A stretch of DNA of 64,000 bases from NCBI GenBank assembly GCA_026770705.1, contig JANJGN010000013.1, positions 24,304,001 to 24,368,000 on the forward strand, in the 5' to 3' direction. The notes under the pieces are model-generated. The model saw nothing but the letters and a program-made list of their open reading frames with translations, had not been told where the DNA came from and searched no databases. This DNA is from Isurus oxyrinchus. Taxonomy: Eukaryota. How positions within the stretch are numbered: the first letter of the stretch is position 1; each line of letters begins with the position of its first letter. The position numbers and the translations under genes were made by a program. Shown here in pieces: positions 48,166 to 59,699 of the stretch.

Positions 48166-49964
48166 ATGATGTCTTTGTAGCCCCTGGTGGAAAACAGAGA
48201 GCTGCTTTTTCTTTGAGATGGGACTCCTTGTTCCTGTGCATTTTCCCCTCCCCGTTCTTCTTCTTTTCTCTCGCTCCCTCTTGGAAAGCACTTGCTCTCT
48301 GCTTGAGCCTTGGCTTAGTGGCTACCTGAACTATGTCAGTCAGATATGTGGGGAAACACATGTGAATCCACATTGCATCCCCAATATGTCACTCTGCTTT
48401 GGTGCTGTAATTGTTTCCAGCTATTCTAGTAAAGAAGGAAGGTACGTCTGATTTAATCCTGAGAATCTACATTCCTCCCACTACCACTTCACACATTGAA
48501 AAGGTTACTTGCATCCCTCCTATCTGAAGCAGACCCAGCCCCATTGATAAAGCATAGACTGCCTGTTGTCCAGTCTCATTTAGACTTTAACTTGTTTATT
48601 CTGACCTTGGTGGCAAAACATTGTCTTGGTTAATACTTACTCTTGTTGCAGAGAGAAGTATTGACGTTTTACATTTTCCCCTATAATTTTAAGTGGCTAA
48701 TTATAATTGCTCTCTGTGGTCATTGCACCCACATAATCTCCTTTTCAGTTTACAGCAGACTTGAGTTTCAAGACTTATGATAATGTAGCAATTAGTGAGA
48801 GAGTAACTGATACCTGAACAATTTATTTTTGACCTTTCAAGATCACATTGCAAAGTTCAAATTTCTGATGTCCTAGAGTTGTTTTTTAGTGTACTGGCTT
48901 CCAGAGTCTTCAGAAACATTTTTTGATTTTGAGGTTTTCAGCCGTAGTTGAGAACCTGAATACACGGGACACACATTAACATACTCGTGTTTATATGTGG
49001 CACAATTACAGTTTTTGTCTCCTGGAACCCGCACAACAAGCAGTTTGACAAAAAAGCGATGAGTTAGTAAGTGAGTGTTTATAAGGCTGAGAAAACTTTA
49101 ATGATATGAGACATGAGGGCACAAGGAGGTTGGTGCAGGTAGTTTTTGATTTCTGCCTCCCCATGCGTATGGAAGGGAGAATGGGTCTGAAGGGATATTA
49201 CCTGATTAATCGAGCTGATGTTCAAGGGTTTTTCTTTTTGGTGGGGTGGATGGGGCGGGAATGTGGCAAGAACCCTCAGCATTGTTGTTGAGCATCTCTC
49301 CCTGACAACGTAAATTGGCAGTAGTGAGCATGAACCTGCATCCTGCTGCTCCATAATATGGAAATATTGAATATCTATACAATGATTCCACCATGGTGCA
49401 CTGTTCTGCAAATAAAACTTTATAAAAGCTACTCTGACTTTACTCAGTGGTGATCTGTTTTTCAGGCTGGTATTGATCCAATGATGTCTTTGACACCCAT
49501 CGAATAAATGTTCAGTGGGATCCTGCTCGATCGTGGTGATGGTGCGGCTTGTTGCCGTTTCTAAACTTTTACCAGCAGCTGGTGTGGTTTCTATTGATTC
49601 TCTCTCAACCAATGAGAGGTTGTTTGGTATTTGCAGGGTTAATACAAACCAATTTGAATAGTTGGCTTAGATCCAATACTTGGCAGCAAAGGGGAGGACA
49701 AGAGATTACTGGCCAGTTGAGATGAAAGGAAATGTTCAGCGAATGTTTAGCAGAAGAAATATTTTTTTTAAAAATTCTCGAGTCTGGTTACTTGGCTCTG
49801 TGATGGCATTACTGGTTTTGAAGCACAGCTGAGCTGGACTGAGTTAAACAAAGGGGCAGTCTTCGTAATAGTTCACCTCTAATATATAAACGTTGGAAAG
49901 GATGAAGAGCAAAACAGCAAGACTGATCTCAAATATAAAGGAAGTCAATTTGAGAAGCTTGAGT

Positions 49965-50346
49965 GTTTTTTTAGTTCTTCCATGGGATGTGGGTGTTGCT
50001 GGCAAGGCCAGCATTTGTTGCCCATCCCTAATTGCCCTTGAACTGAGTGGCTTGCTGGGCCATTCCAGAGGACAGTTAAGAGTCAACTGCTTTACTGTGG
50101 GTTTGAAGTCACATGTAGGCCAAACCAGGTAAGGACAGCAGGTTTTCTTCCTTAAAGGGCGTTAATGAGCCAGATAAGTTTTTACAATAATTGCTAGTTT
50201 CATGGTCACCATTACTGGGACAAGCTTTCAATTCCAGTTTTATTAATTGAATTTAAATTCCACCAGTTGCCGTGGTGGGATTTGAACCCATGCCTGGGCC
50301 TTTGGATTATTAGTCTAGTGACATTTCCACTACGTCACCATCTCCC
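49965..50346 (-). mobile_element. tRNA-derived SINE (same family as 35864-36265)
   Basis: Colinear homology, A/B boxes and the shared tail. Confidence 0.85.
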
Positions 50347-53076
50347 TAGTGATGATCATTGAAGAATCTAAAATAGTAAATAGTAGGGTTTACCCAGGAT
50401 AATGGAATCATTGGAGATTAATTGAAATAGCTGAAAAATAAATTTGGAACCAGTATTAGAAAGAAATTATTTAGCTGTAATGATAAATGTTTGAAGTAAT
50501 CTGCTTTCTGGGGGAGTAGAGAGGAAAGCATTAGGGATGTTCAGAGAGCAGTTGTGTGCTAAAATGGGAGAATTAGCCGCGTGGGAGTTTTTCATCCTTG
50601 ACTTTTCCTATGTCTTAATTACTGTGGGATTTATTACTCCCCTGAGGGTGACTGAAAACTTTGGGGATTATCTTTATATGTAGTCAACGGGGGCAATGTG
50701 CTCAGGCTGTTGAACTATGAAAGCCTGTACATGTCACAGTGAAGAAAGTTGATAGAAGTTACTGCTGTGGGAAGTGTTGAAAGAAAACTACCTAAAAATT
50801 GATAATTGGAGCCTAGTAACCTGTGATGGGTATGCTGGACTGATGGCTGTCCACATTCATTCCAAGATCTCTGGACAAGAGAGGCTTAATGATATCTAAT
50901 GAGCACTTCAAACAATTCTCCTGATTATCCTTTTGACAGTGGAAGAGCGTAGCATTCTGTATTTATTATGTCTATGCTGCCTCCCTTCAAAAAACTTGGG
51001 ACTCTATGCTGAACCGGGCTTCAAAGGCTGGTATTGTTAATAGGCTGTTCTGAAGGCAGCAACGTTTAAAAGGTTTTATCTTCTGCTGCAATTGAATAAG
51101 AATAGGAGCTAATGGTTCTACAGTACAAGTTGCTGAAGGCAGGGCAGTTAACTCGCAGCCATATGGTCCTTTAGGTGTTTAAGCTATCAGGGGAGTTGTG
51201 CTGAGCTACGTAGAATCAGTAAGCTGAAGTTATGTGAATATGTCGGGGGGGAGACTTGAACTGCACGCTTTAAAATTATCCAAGTCTCTGTGCAAGCTGA
51301 GGATACTGAAGGTATTGTTGCCTGGCAAATTTAACTTTAAATAAGCAGCAAGCCACGTAAAAAGCAGCAGTATTTCTGGAAATGTGGTGTTGCCATGGGT
51401 TTTCGGGAAGGGTCCGTTCCTGCGATAGCCAGCTTGAAATCGGGCCACGTTAATGCTGAGGCTGATGTTATGTCACTTTAGTGTGGATACTTTTGAGGTA
51501 TGTCTTCGGGAATTTTGCTGTTATTACATTTTTTAAAAATGTTTAAACTACAGCACCCAGCGCTACACCAACTTCTAGAAAACAGTGCGACAATGGAGTA
51601 ATTGGTTAGGTTTTATCAGAGATGTCTGCTCCACCTAATCCTGCTGATTAGTTAACAAATCAGCTGTTGTACTAAGCAGAGAAAGAGCTTTCTTACCAGC
51701 TGGTGAGCAATGAGCTCCTCTCCACTCAGCGCTGTACGCATAAATAATAGCATCTGTTACAGCTATCAGGTGGCTGGTGGCAGGCTCGAAAGACAATGCA
51801 CAGCATGTGTGGTTTCTTACGAGAGTTCTGTCGGATGTAGCAACTGAGAGGCAATGGGAGTTGATCTTAAACTACAAGATCTGATCGAGCAGTGGTCTAC
51901 AACCTTAAGGGGCTGAATTCATTTCTAAAATTAGGAACCTGGCGTATGTAACTGGAGCCACTACTGTTGTTGGGATCTCCATAGAGACTGATAACTTTTT
52001 AAAAAAAAATTTGAACTTCCAGTTAATTGCGGAAGAATGATAAAACAACATTTCATGTTTTAAGACATTTACTGTAACAAAAGATGAAAAGCACCATTGA
52101 CTAAACACTATCTTTATAGACAACTTGTACTTTAAACTGATATAAAATGGTATAAAAATTAAAACTGAATACCCTCCTTATTTTTAACACAACCAAAAAA
52201 GCACACTTCACAGGTATACATTATATTTTACTTTAAGTAGACTTTCAATTCTCCTGAAATCAATCCAAAGTGGTTCTTAGCTCCCAAGGGTGTACTTCTG
52301 TCCTTTTCCTTTCTTAGCCTGATAACATTTAGCCCCCAACCTGTCCTTCACAGTGAGAGTATTATTGGAGAGTATTATCCTGCCCAAGCAGAAGCTATGT
52401 GAATTTTCCAGCATTGTTTTAACTCCTTGTGAATTTGGTTTTTTCAACCTGAGCGCAAGCTTCCACCCAAATTCCAACATGGTGAACCATAGAGACTTTT
52501 TGCTGTTTTCTCTCTTCCAGACCCTGACAGGCTAACCCATCTGTCAATGGTATTTTAGGAAAGTCTGTAAACCGATCTTTATAATGGCTCCCTCTGCACC
52601 CTTCCCCATGATGACGTGAACCACATGGGCCATGCATCCAGGTGGGGATGCTGATCCTTAAGACTCTTACTCTCTTTTATCATGGAAGTAAATGGACAGT
52701 TTAAACACAGTTGTTTATAACCCGACATTCTCAACACTTTTCTGGAACATTGGAGATTCAGTCTATCCACTACTGCCATTGTTTCTACCATTGCACCTTC
52801 TCGGTAAAAATAACATCTGGACCCCTTTAATCTCTGATAATCAAACAACCCAGGCTTGCTGTTAGGCAGATTTCAGAACAGGTCACATGACCCCTTTGCT
52901 TTTACCTTAAAGGCACAATCCCAAAAAACAGCAATCTTAAATCTCATAATTATAACAATCTATTGCTCCTTTAAGTTGACTCTTTGGAGCCAGGATTCTG
53001 TAAGCCAGCTTCTGTGATTATGTACTGAATTGAATTTTTGTAAACCCGTGTCAGACTCGAGTTGTTTTATAATTGA

Positions 53077-53510
53077 AAGAAAGCAAAGCATTTATGTAGT
53101 ACCTTTCATGACCACAGGATGTCCCAAATTGCTTTACAGTCAATAAAGAACCTTTGAAGCATAGTCACTGTTGTGCTAAGTTGCACACAGCAAGCTCCCA
53201 CAAACAGCAATGTGACTGACCAGACAAGCTGTTTTTGCAATGTTGACTGAGGGAAAAATATTGACCAGGACACTGGAGATAACTCTGCTCTTTTTTGAAA
53301 TAGTGCTATGGGATCTTTTACACCCAGCTGGGAGGGTAGATGAGGACCTTGGTTTAATGCTCCATCTGAAAGACAGCACCCCTAACAGTGCAGCAGCAAT
53401 CCCTTCGTACTGCACTGGATTGTCAGTCTTGAATTTTCGTGCTCAAATCCTGGAATGAGACTTGAACCCACAACCTTCTCAAAGGTGAGAGTGCTACCCA
53501 CTAAGCAATA
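53077..53510 (-). mobile_element. Deu-domain tRNA SINE (SacSINE1/AmnSINE1-like)
   Basis: Minus strand contains GTGCAGTACGAAGGG...GCTGCACTGTTAGGGGTGCTGTCTTTCAGATGG...TAAAAGATCCCATAGCACTATTTC, as recalled for the Deu domain. Tail fragments also at 12890, 26545, 34145, 38525 and 58030. Confidence 0.75.
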
Positions 53511-55732
53511 GCTAATAACCCCTAGGTCCTGTGAGGTTCCTCAAGTCTGGCTCTTTCGCAGCTTGTTGTAAACCCTGTGTAAAATTGCCCAGACTTACTG
53601 TGGGTCCGGGTTTGGCAAACATGTCTAAAAAATGGGCCTTCATGGTTGCCACATTCTCCTCAACCTCGCCTCTAACCTTTGGCATGGATGACCACATCGT
53701 CCCAATCAAATGTATCCCTTCCAATGTTGAGTGCAGTGGACCTGCCCTCATTTGGTTCTTGCCTATCTATTTATAACCAAAGCATTTCAAGCAATGGTTT
53801 CTATTCCTGCCCCTGCACTATTACCTCTGTCACTCAAAAATTTATCTTGGCCTCTCCCTTCCTCTTCCTCATCCATATATTGCCCCCTGAGCAGCAACAT
53901 CCAAAGCAACACAGCCAACTTCTCTCCACTTAAGATCATAAGAACTAGGAGCAGGAGTACGCTATTCTGCCCTTCTTTGGAGTACCCCCCAAATCCGACA
54001 CTGGGGAGCACAGAAGTTACGGGCCTATTTCTTTTTGTGAGGGAGTCCAGAACTAAGGGGCATAGCCTTAAAATTAGGAGCTAAGCTATTCAGGCTGATG
54101 TGAGAAAGCATATCACACACAGACTAATGGAAATCTGGAATAGCCTTAACACTCTTTCCCACCCCCACCCCCAACCAAAGCTAGGTCAATTGACAATGCC
54201 AAACTGAGATTGATAAATTTTTAATATAATATAAAATGAAAACAAAAGATGCTGGAAAAACTCAGCAGGTCCAGCAGCATCTGTGGAGAGAGAAACCACC
54301 AAACACATCTTCCCCTCACACTCCCCCCAATCAGCATTCCATGGGGACCACTCCCTCTGGGACACCCTGATTCGCTCCTCCAACAACGCCAATACCTCAT
54401 CCCCTTCCCACGGCACCTTCCCTTGCAACCGCAGGAGGTGCAACACCTGCCCCTTTACTCCGTTCCCCTGCACTGTCCAAGGGCCCAAACATTCCTTTCA
54501 GGTGAAGCAGTGCTCCACTTGCACCTCCTTCAATTTAGTCTACTGCATTTGTTGCTCCCAGTGCTATCTCCTCTACATTGGGGAGACCAAACACAGACTG
54601 GGTGCCTGCTTTGCGGAACAATTTTGGTCTGTCCGCAAGCTTGACTCAGACCTTCCTGTCGCTTGTCATTTCAACACTCCACCTTGCTCTCGTGTCCACA
54701 TGCCTATCCTTGGCCTGCTGCAATGATCCAGTGAAACCCAATGCAAACTGGAGGAACAGCACCTCATCTTCCTATTAGGTACTTTACAGCCTTCCCGACT
54801 TAATATTGAATTCAACAACTTCAGATCATGAACTCTCTCCTCCCTCTTCACTTCTTTTTTAATCCAATTTTTAATTTTTAAATTTTTTTTTTATTTACTT
54901 ATTCATTTATTCATTGTTTTATCCCTTTTATCCTTTTTTAAATCCTTTTTCTATCCTTTTTCCCCAACCACTGCCCCCTCACCCCACCCCACTCCACCCC
55001 CAAAGGTCCATCTGTTACTTGTTCCATGTTGTTCTTTCACAGAGTGCTGACCCTGTTTAGCTATTAACAAATTATGCCACTATCAACACCTTTAGTCTTC
55101 ACCACTATCATTAACCCTTCCTTTGTCTTGTGTCCATGACATTTTTGTGTCAGGAAGATATAATAATTCTCATAATGTTATTGGAATTTATTGTAAAATA
55201 GAGCAATAGTGGGGTCTATGTCTATGTGTGTGTATGGGACTTAATTGAATTAAAGGCAGCTGGTCTGAAGGCTTTGATGGAACAGAAAAGCAGCTAGGTT
55301 TTCAATGTTAAGTAGGTAAGCATAGGGGTAAAGGGAACATTTGCAGTTTTAAATAAACCAGACTAAATTGATTTCAAAGGAGGGGTGAAATTTTTCACCT
55401 AGCCAAGGGAAGTTAAGAAACTGTGTTTATTTTTCCCAAAGATTACTGGTAAACTTGGTACTAACAGCGATTTCTATTATTAGAGAGGTAAAGTCCAAAT
55501 ACATAGTGAAACAATGGGAATTTGCATTCAAGGTGGATAATATATATAAAGGAGAGAAGGCTTTGTGCAAGGGCAGGCATTCTAATATCTAACAAGTGTA
55601 AAAACCTCCAACATCTAAGCTTCAAGCTGCTGCCTACAAAGAACTGAAGTTAAGAAAACTCACTTTGAATTAGATGGTTCAGGGTATCGTGTTTCTTTGC
55701 CTGGGTTTTTAAAAAATTTATGTGTCCTACTG

Positions 55733-56679
55733 GTCCACTCCTCCATCACCCCCTACTCCTCAACCCCCTCCTATGGCACCACCCCATGCCCACGCAAAAG
55801 ATGTAACACCTGCCCCTTCACTTCCTCTCTCCTCACCATCCAAGGGCCCAAAACTCCTTTCAAGTGAAGCAGCATTTCACTTGCATTTCCCCCAACTTAG
55901 TCTACTGCATTCGTTGCTCCCAATGTGGTCTCCTCTACATTGGAGAGACCAAACGTAAACTGGGCGACCGCTTTGCAGAACACCTGCGGTCTGTCCACAA
56001 GAATGACCCAAACCTCCCTGTCGCTTGCCATTTTAACACTCTACCCTGCTCTCTTGCCCACATGTCTGTCCTTGGCTTACTGCATTGTTCCAGTGAAGCC
56101 CAACGCAAACTGGAGGAACAACACCTCATCTTCCGACTAGGCACCTTACAGCCTTCCGGTCTGAATATTGAATTCAACAACTTTAGGTCGTGAGCTCCCT
56201 CCCCCATCCCCACCCCCTTTCTGTTTCCCCCTTTTTCCTTTTTTTTCCCTATAAATTTTATAGATTTTTCGTTTCCCACCTATTTGCATTATTTTTAAAT
56301 ATTTTAAAATCTTTTATGCTCCCCCCACCCCCACTAGAGCTGTACCTTGAGTGCCCTACCATCCATTCTTAATTAGCACATTCGTTTAGACAATATCACC
56401 AACTTTAACTTTAACACCTATGTGTTCTTTTGTACCATTGTCGCTGACATCTTTTGATGATCTGCTTCTATCACTGCTTGTTTGTCTACACAAGCACCTC
56501 TCTCTCTCTCTATCTCTCCGCCCCCCACACACACACCTTAAACCAGCTTATATTTCAACTCTTTCTTGGACTCGAAATCAAGTTCTGTCGAAGGGTCATG
56601 AGGACTCGAAACGTCAACTCTTTTCTTCTCCGCCGATGCTGTCAGACCTGCTGAGTTTTTCCAGGTAATTCTGTTTTTG
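55733..56679 (+). mobile_element. Young 5'-truncated Penelope-like element B with 15-bp TSD
   Basis: TTATGTGTCCTACTG at 55718-55732 and 56680-56694. Open GIY-YIG segment 55864-56193 (NLVYCIRCSQCGLLYIGETKRKLGDRFAEHLRSV...LQPSGLNIEF). Confidence 0.92.
56581..56619 (+). ncRNA. Minimal hammerhead motif, variant core
   Basis: AGTT-CTGTCGA-A-GGGTC-ATGAG-GACTC-GAAA-CGTC-AACT, with palindromic ACGT stem III and a GUC cleavage triplet. Confidence 0.65.
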
Positions 56680-57071
56680 TTATGTGTCCTACTGTTGCCT
56701 GAACAAAAGTGCAACTGGGAGTTCAATTAACTAGGAGATTTAGAAGTTATTATAGTAGTAATTTGTAGATCTACGTATGTACTTAAAATCATTTCTTCTA
56801 TTAATAAAAGTTTAATTTAGTTTTGTAAGAAACCTATAAGACTCGATGGTCTTATTACTACTGAATTCGAGGCACACATCTTGAAATTTATACAAATTGC
56901 AAAACAATTGTGGCAGTTGTTTCAAGTTTCCCTTTGGATTTTGAGCAGCTTAGCATTTACCATCAGCTGTGCTGTAACATCTGTCAATCTCTCCTTAGCC
57001 CCCACCTATCACTGACCTTCTATCCTGCTTTACCTTCTCCACACCCCTTAAACAGTATAAATTACATCACT

Positions 57072-57398
57072 AAGATAAAAGCAAAAAACTGTGGATGCTG
57101 GAAATCCAAAACAAAAATAAAAATACCTGGAAAAACTCAGCAGGTCTAACAGCATCTGCAGAGAGGAACACAGTTAACAATTCCAGTCCATATGACTCTT
57201 CAACAGAACTAAGGAAAAATAGAAGACAGGTGAAATATAAGCTGGTTTAAGCCTTCCAGCTTATATTTCACCTCTCTTCTATTTTTCCTTAGTTCTGTTG
57301 AAGAGTCATACGGACTCGAAACGTTAACTGTGTTCCTCTCTGCAGATGCTGTCAGACCTGCTGAGTTTTTTCAGGTATTTTTATTTTTGTTTTTGCTT
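57072..57398. mobile_element. Long near-perfect hairpin Penelope-tail mini-element with 14-bp TSD; hammerhead motif at 57291-57329
   Basis: Arms about 57109-57245 and 57256-57393 around a 10-nt loop. TAAATTACATCACT at 57058-57071 and 57399-57412. Confidence 0.9.
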
Positions 57399-58179
57399 TA
57401 AATTACATCACTTTCTACTTTCTTTAGCTCTGAAGAAAATCGTATGGACTCGAAATGTTAACTCTGTTCCTCGCTCCACAAATGCTGTCAGACCTGCTGA
57501 GTTTTCCAAGCATTTTCTGTTTTTAGTTCAGATTTCCAGCATCCACAGTATTTTGCCTTTATCTTAATGTTGATAAATATTTGCTCGGCAAGGATAATTT
57601 CAAATTTGATTTGTTAATTGCTTGATCTAGAATACACCTCAAACCTGAACTGTTTTCTAAAACCACTTATTTCAGCTGTGAAAAAGAGATTGATGAGACT
57701 ACATTTGGAAATTGGCCCAATTAATTGAAATGGGGGGGGAGGGTATTGAGAAGAGGACAAGAATAGTTTGAGATTTGGATCTGTATTCACCATTGAATTG
57801 AATTGTATTAGCGGGGGAAACAAGGTTGAGAGGGAACATGATATTTAACATGCTGAGGTGTCTAGGCTCTATCAAACTGTCAGCGCAGAGCCAAGAAGGT
57901 GCAAGTAAAAGGTTGGCAATCTTTGAGTGAGGCTAGAGATTGACTAATGGATATACACCTAGCTGAGTGGAGGTAGGAAGAAATCAGAATAACATGTTAT
58001 ATTCTTCCCCATAATAGTAGATTTGTACATTTAAAAAAAACTTGCATTGATATCATGACCTCAGGACATTCCAAAGCACTTTGCAGCCAATGAAATACTC
58101 CATGATCTTTGTTGATGTTTTTGCTAATTGGCCAGGTAGTCTGAAGTAACGAATGTTGGAGGATTCCTAGTCAGATATA

Positions 58180-58580
58180 AAGAAAGACTTCAATTGAAAT
58201 AGGACCTTTCACAACCTCAAAATGTCTTGGTGCTGTATGGCCATTGAAGTATTTTTGATGTGATGTTACTGTTGGCATGTAGGAAATGTGGCAGCCAATT
58301 TGCACACAGCAAGCTCCTGCGGACAGCAGTTAAATAAAGGACCAGACGACCTGTCTTCAGTGTTAGTTATGGGATAGATCTAGGCCAGGAGAGCACCTCT
58401 ACTCCTTTTCGAATACTGCCATGGGATCTTTTATGTTCACCTGAGAGGCAGACAGACCCTCAGTTTAAGAACTCGTCTGAAAAGTGACACCTCTAACAAT
58501 GCAGCACTCCCTCTCTGCTGCCAGAAAGTGCCAACCTGGATTGTATACTACGTTTCTAGAATGGGACTCAGAACCCAATC
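58180..58580 (-). mobile_element. Deu-domain SINE
   Basis: Colinear with 53077-53510. Confidence 0.75.
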
Positions 58581-59699
58581 AACAGCCTCAAATGGTGTAT
58601 TGATTAGCTCCTTTAAAAAGAAACTGGATAAATATCTGGTTAAGAACAAGATTCAAGGTTATAAGGACATCCATAGACATAGGAGACAAAATATCTCTAG
58701 GATATTGTCTGGCCAGAGTTGAGTACTATTGATTGTAATGTTAGACTAATATCCTGAACACTCTTTCAATTATGTTTGGAGGTCAGGACAAAATGTCAGA
58801 TGTTTGCTACCCCTTTTCAACTGCTGTTAGAACTTTGTCCGGAGGTAAATAAATTGAAGTCCATTATATACACATTACACATAGTTTGTTGATGCATTTG
58901 ATGTGCCTTTTAAAAGAAAACTGCATATAGCTTTATGATCACTGAATGCTCAGTGAGGTTTCAGTAACAGAGTTCTTTATGAAGTTGACTCTGTGAGTAA
59001 CTGAATCATATGACCAAAAAGATTCCAGGTCTGATCTCTGGTCTCTGTTAATATAACTGATCTTGGCCGTTAAAGATGGATGACAAAATCAGCCAAAGTT
59101 CCAACTCTTGACTCTGTCCATCAACCCATTGCAGGAAATGCATGTGTTTAGGGGCATCAGGTGCAGTTGGAATTGAATTCAGCTATGATGCCTCTCTAGT
59201 TGAATAGTTCACTTATGCTTACTGTCTGGAATTACAGCTGAATTAAGTCATTTGAGCGGGATACCAGAAGATGATTAGTACCCTTGCAAATGCAATCCTT
59301 CAGTGTTACCTTCTTCAGCAGGGACAGAGACCAGGGTAGAACTTCAAACCAAGCTATTAAAGATTACTATGGTCTCAGATATTAACGTGGTTTCAAAACT
59401 CAAAAGAACTATTTTAATGGGCATTCTCCAGAATATTCCTTAAAAGACTCTGTCAAACTCTTGATCAATTTTAGATCAAGAACCATGATTGAAAAAGAAT
59501 ATGCATCTCTCTTGTTACTGTAACATGCCATGCAGGTGACACAGTACAATCTGCTACATTTTGTCAGTGCATTGATCATTAGTTTGTAAAGGAAGAAAGG
59601 TTTCCTAATGGTTTTTTAATATTTATGTGAAGTGAAAGCAGTTTGATTCTTGAGAATTTGGTGCTACCACGAGCTCAAGCTGACATTACCTACATTTTC

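Larger units (their letters stand above)
55148..56979 (+). mobile_element. Solo LTR (TG...CA) inserted in Penelope A and itself interrupted by Penelope B
   Basis: TGTCAGG...TGTAACA with a TTTG/TCTG 4-bp TSD (one mismatch). TATA-like at about 55541 and AATAAA at about 56803. Confidence 0.7.
54235..57565 (+). mobile_element. Penelope-like element A (inverted tail fragment at the 5' end, GIY-YIG ORF relic, pseudo-LTR) hosting three nested insertions
   Basis: 54235-54296 is an inverted tail. GTFPCNRRRCNTC...NLVYCICCSQCYLLYIGETK. The 3' UTR breaks at 55147 and resumes at 56980, colinear with 6150-6402. Confidence 0.85.

Noticed and set aside
49079-49612. 177-aa minus-strand ORF
   Set aside because: Non-ATG start, no recognisable motif and no supporting splice structure. 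Probably a chance ORF.
51947-52957. Possible third solo LTR (TGTAAC...ATAACA)
   Set aside because: Composition is LTR-like, but I found no matching TSD and the boundaries are uncertain.
55864-56193. GIY-YIG ORF as a stand-alone nuclease gene
   Set aside because: It lies in a 5'-truncated Penelope copy bounded by a TSD, with no ATG start or RT.
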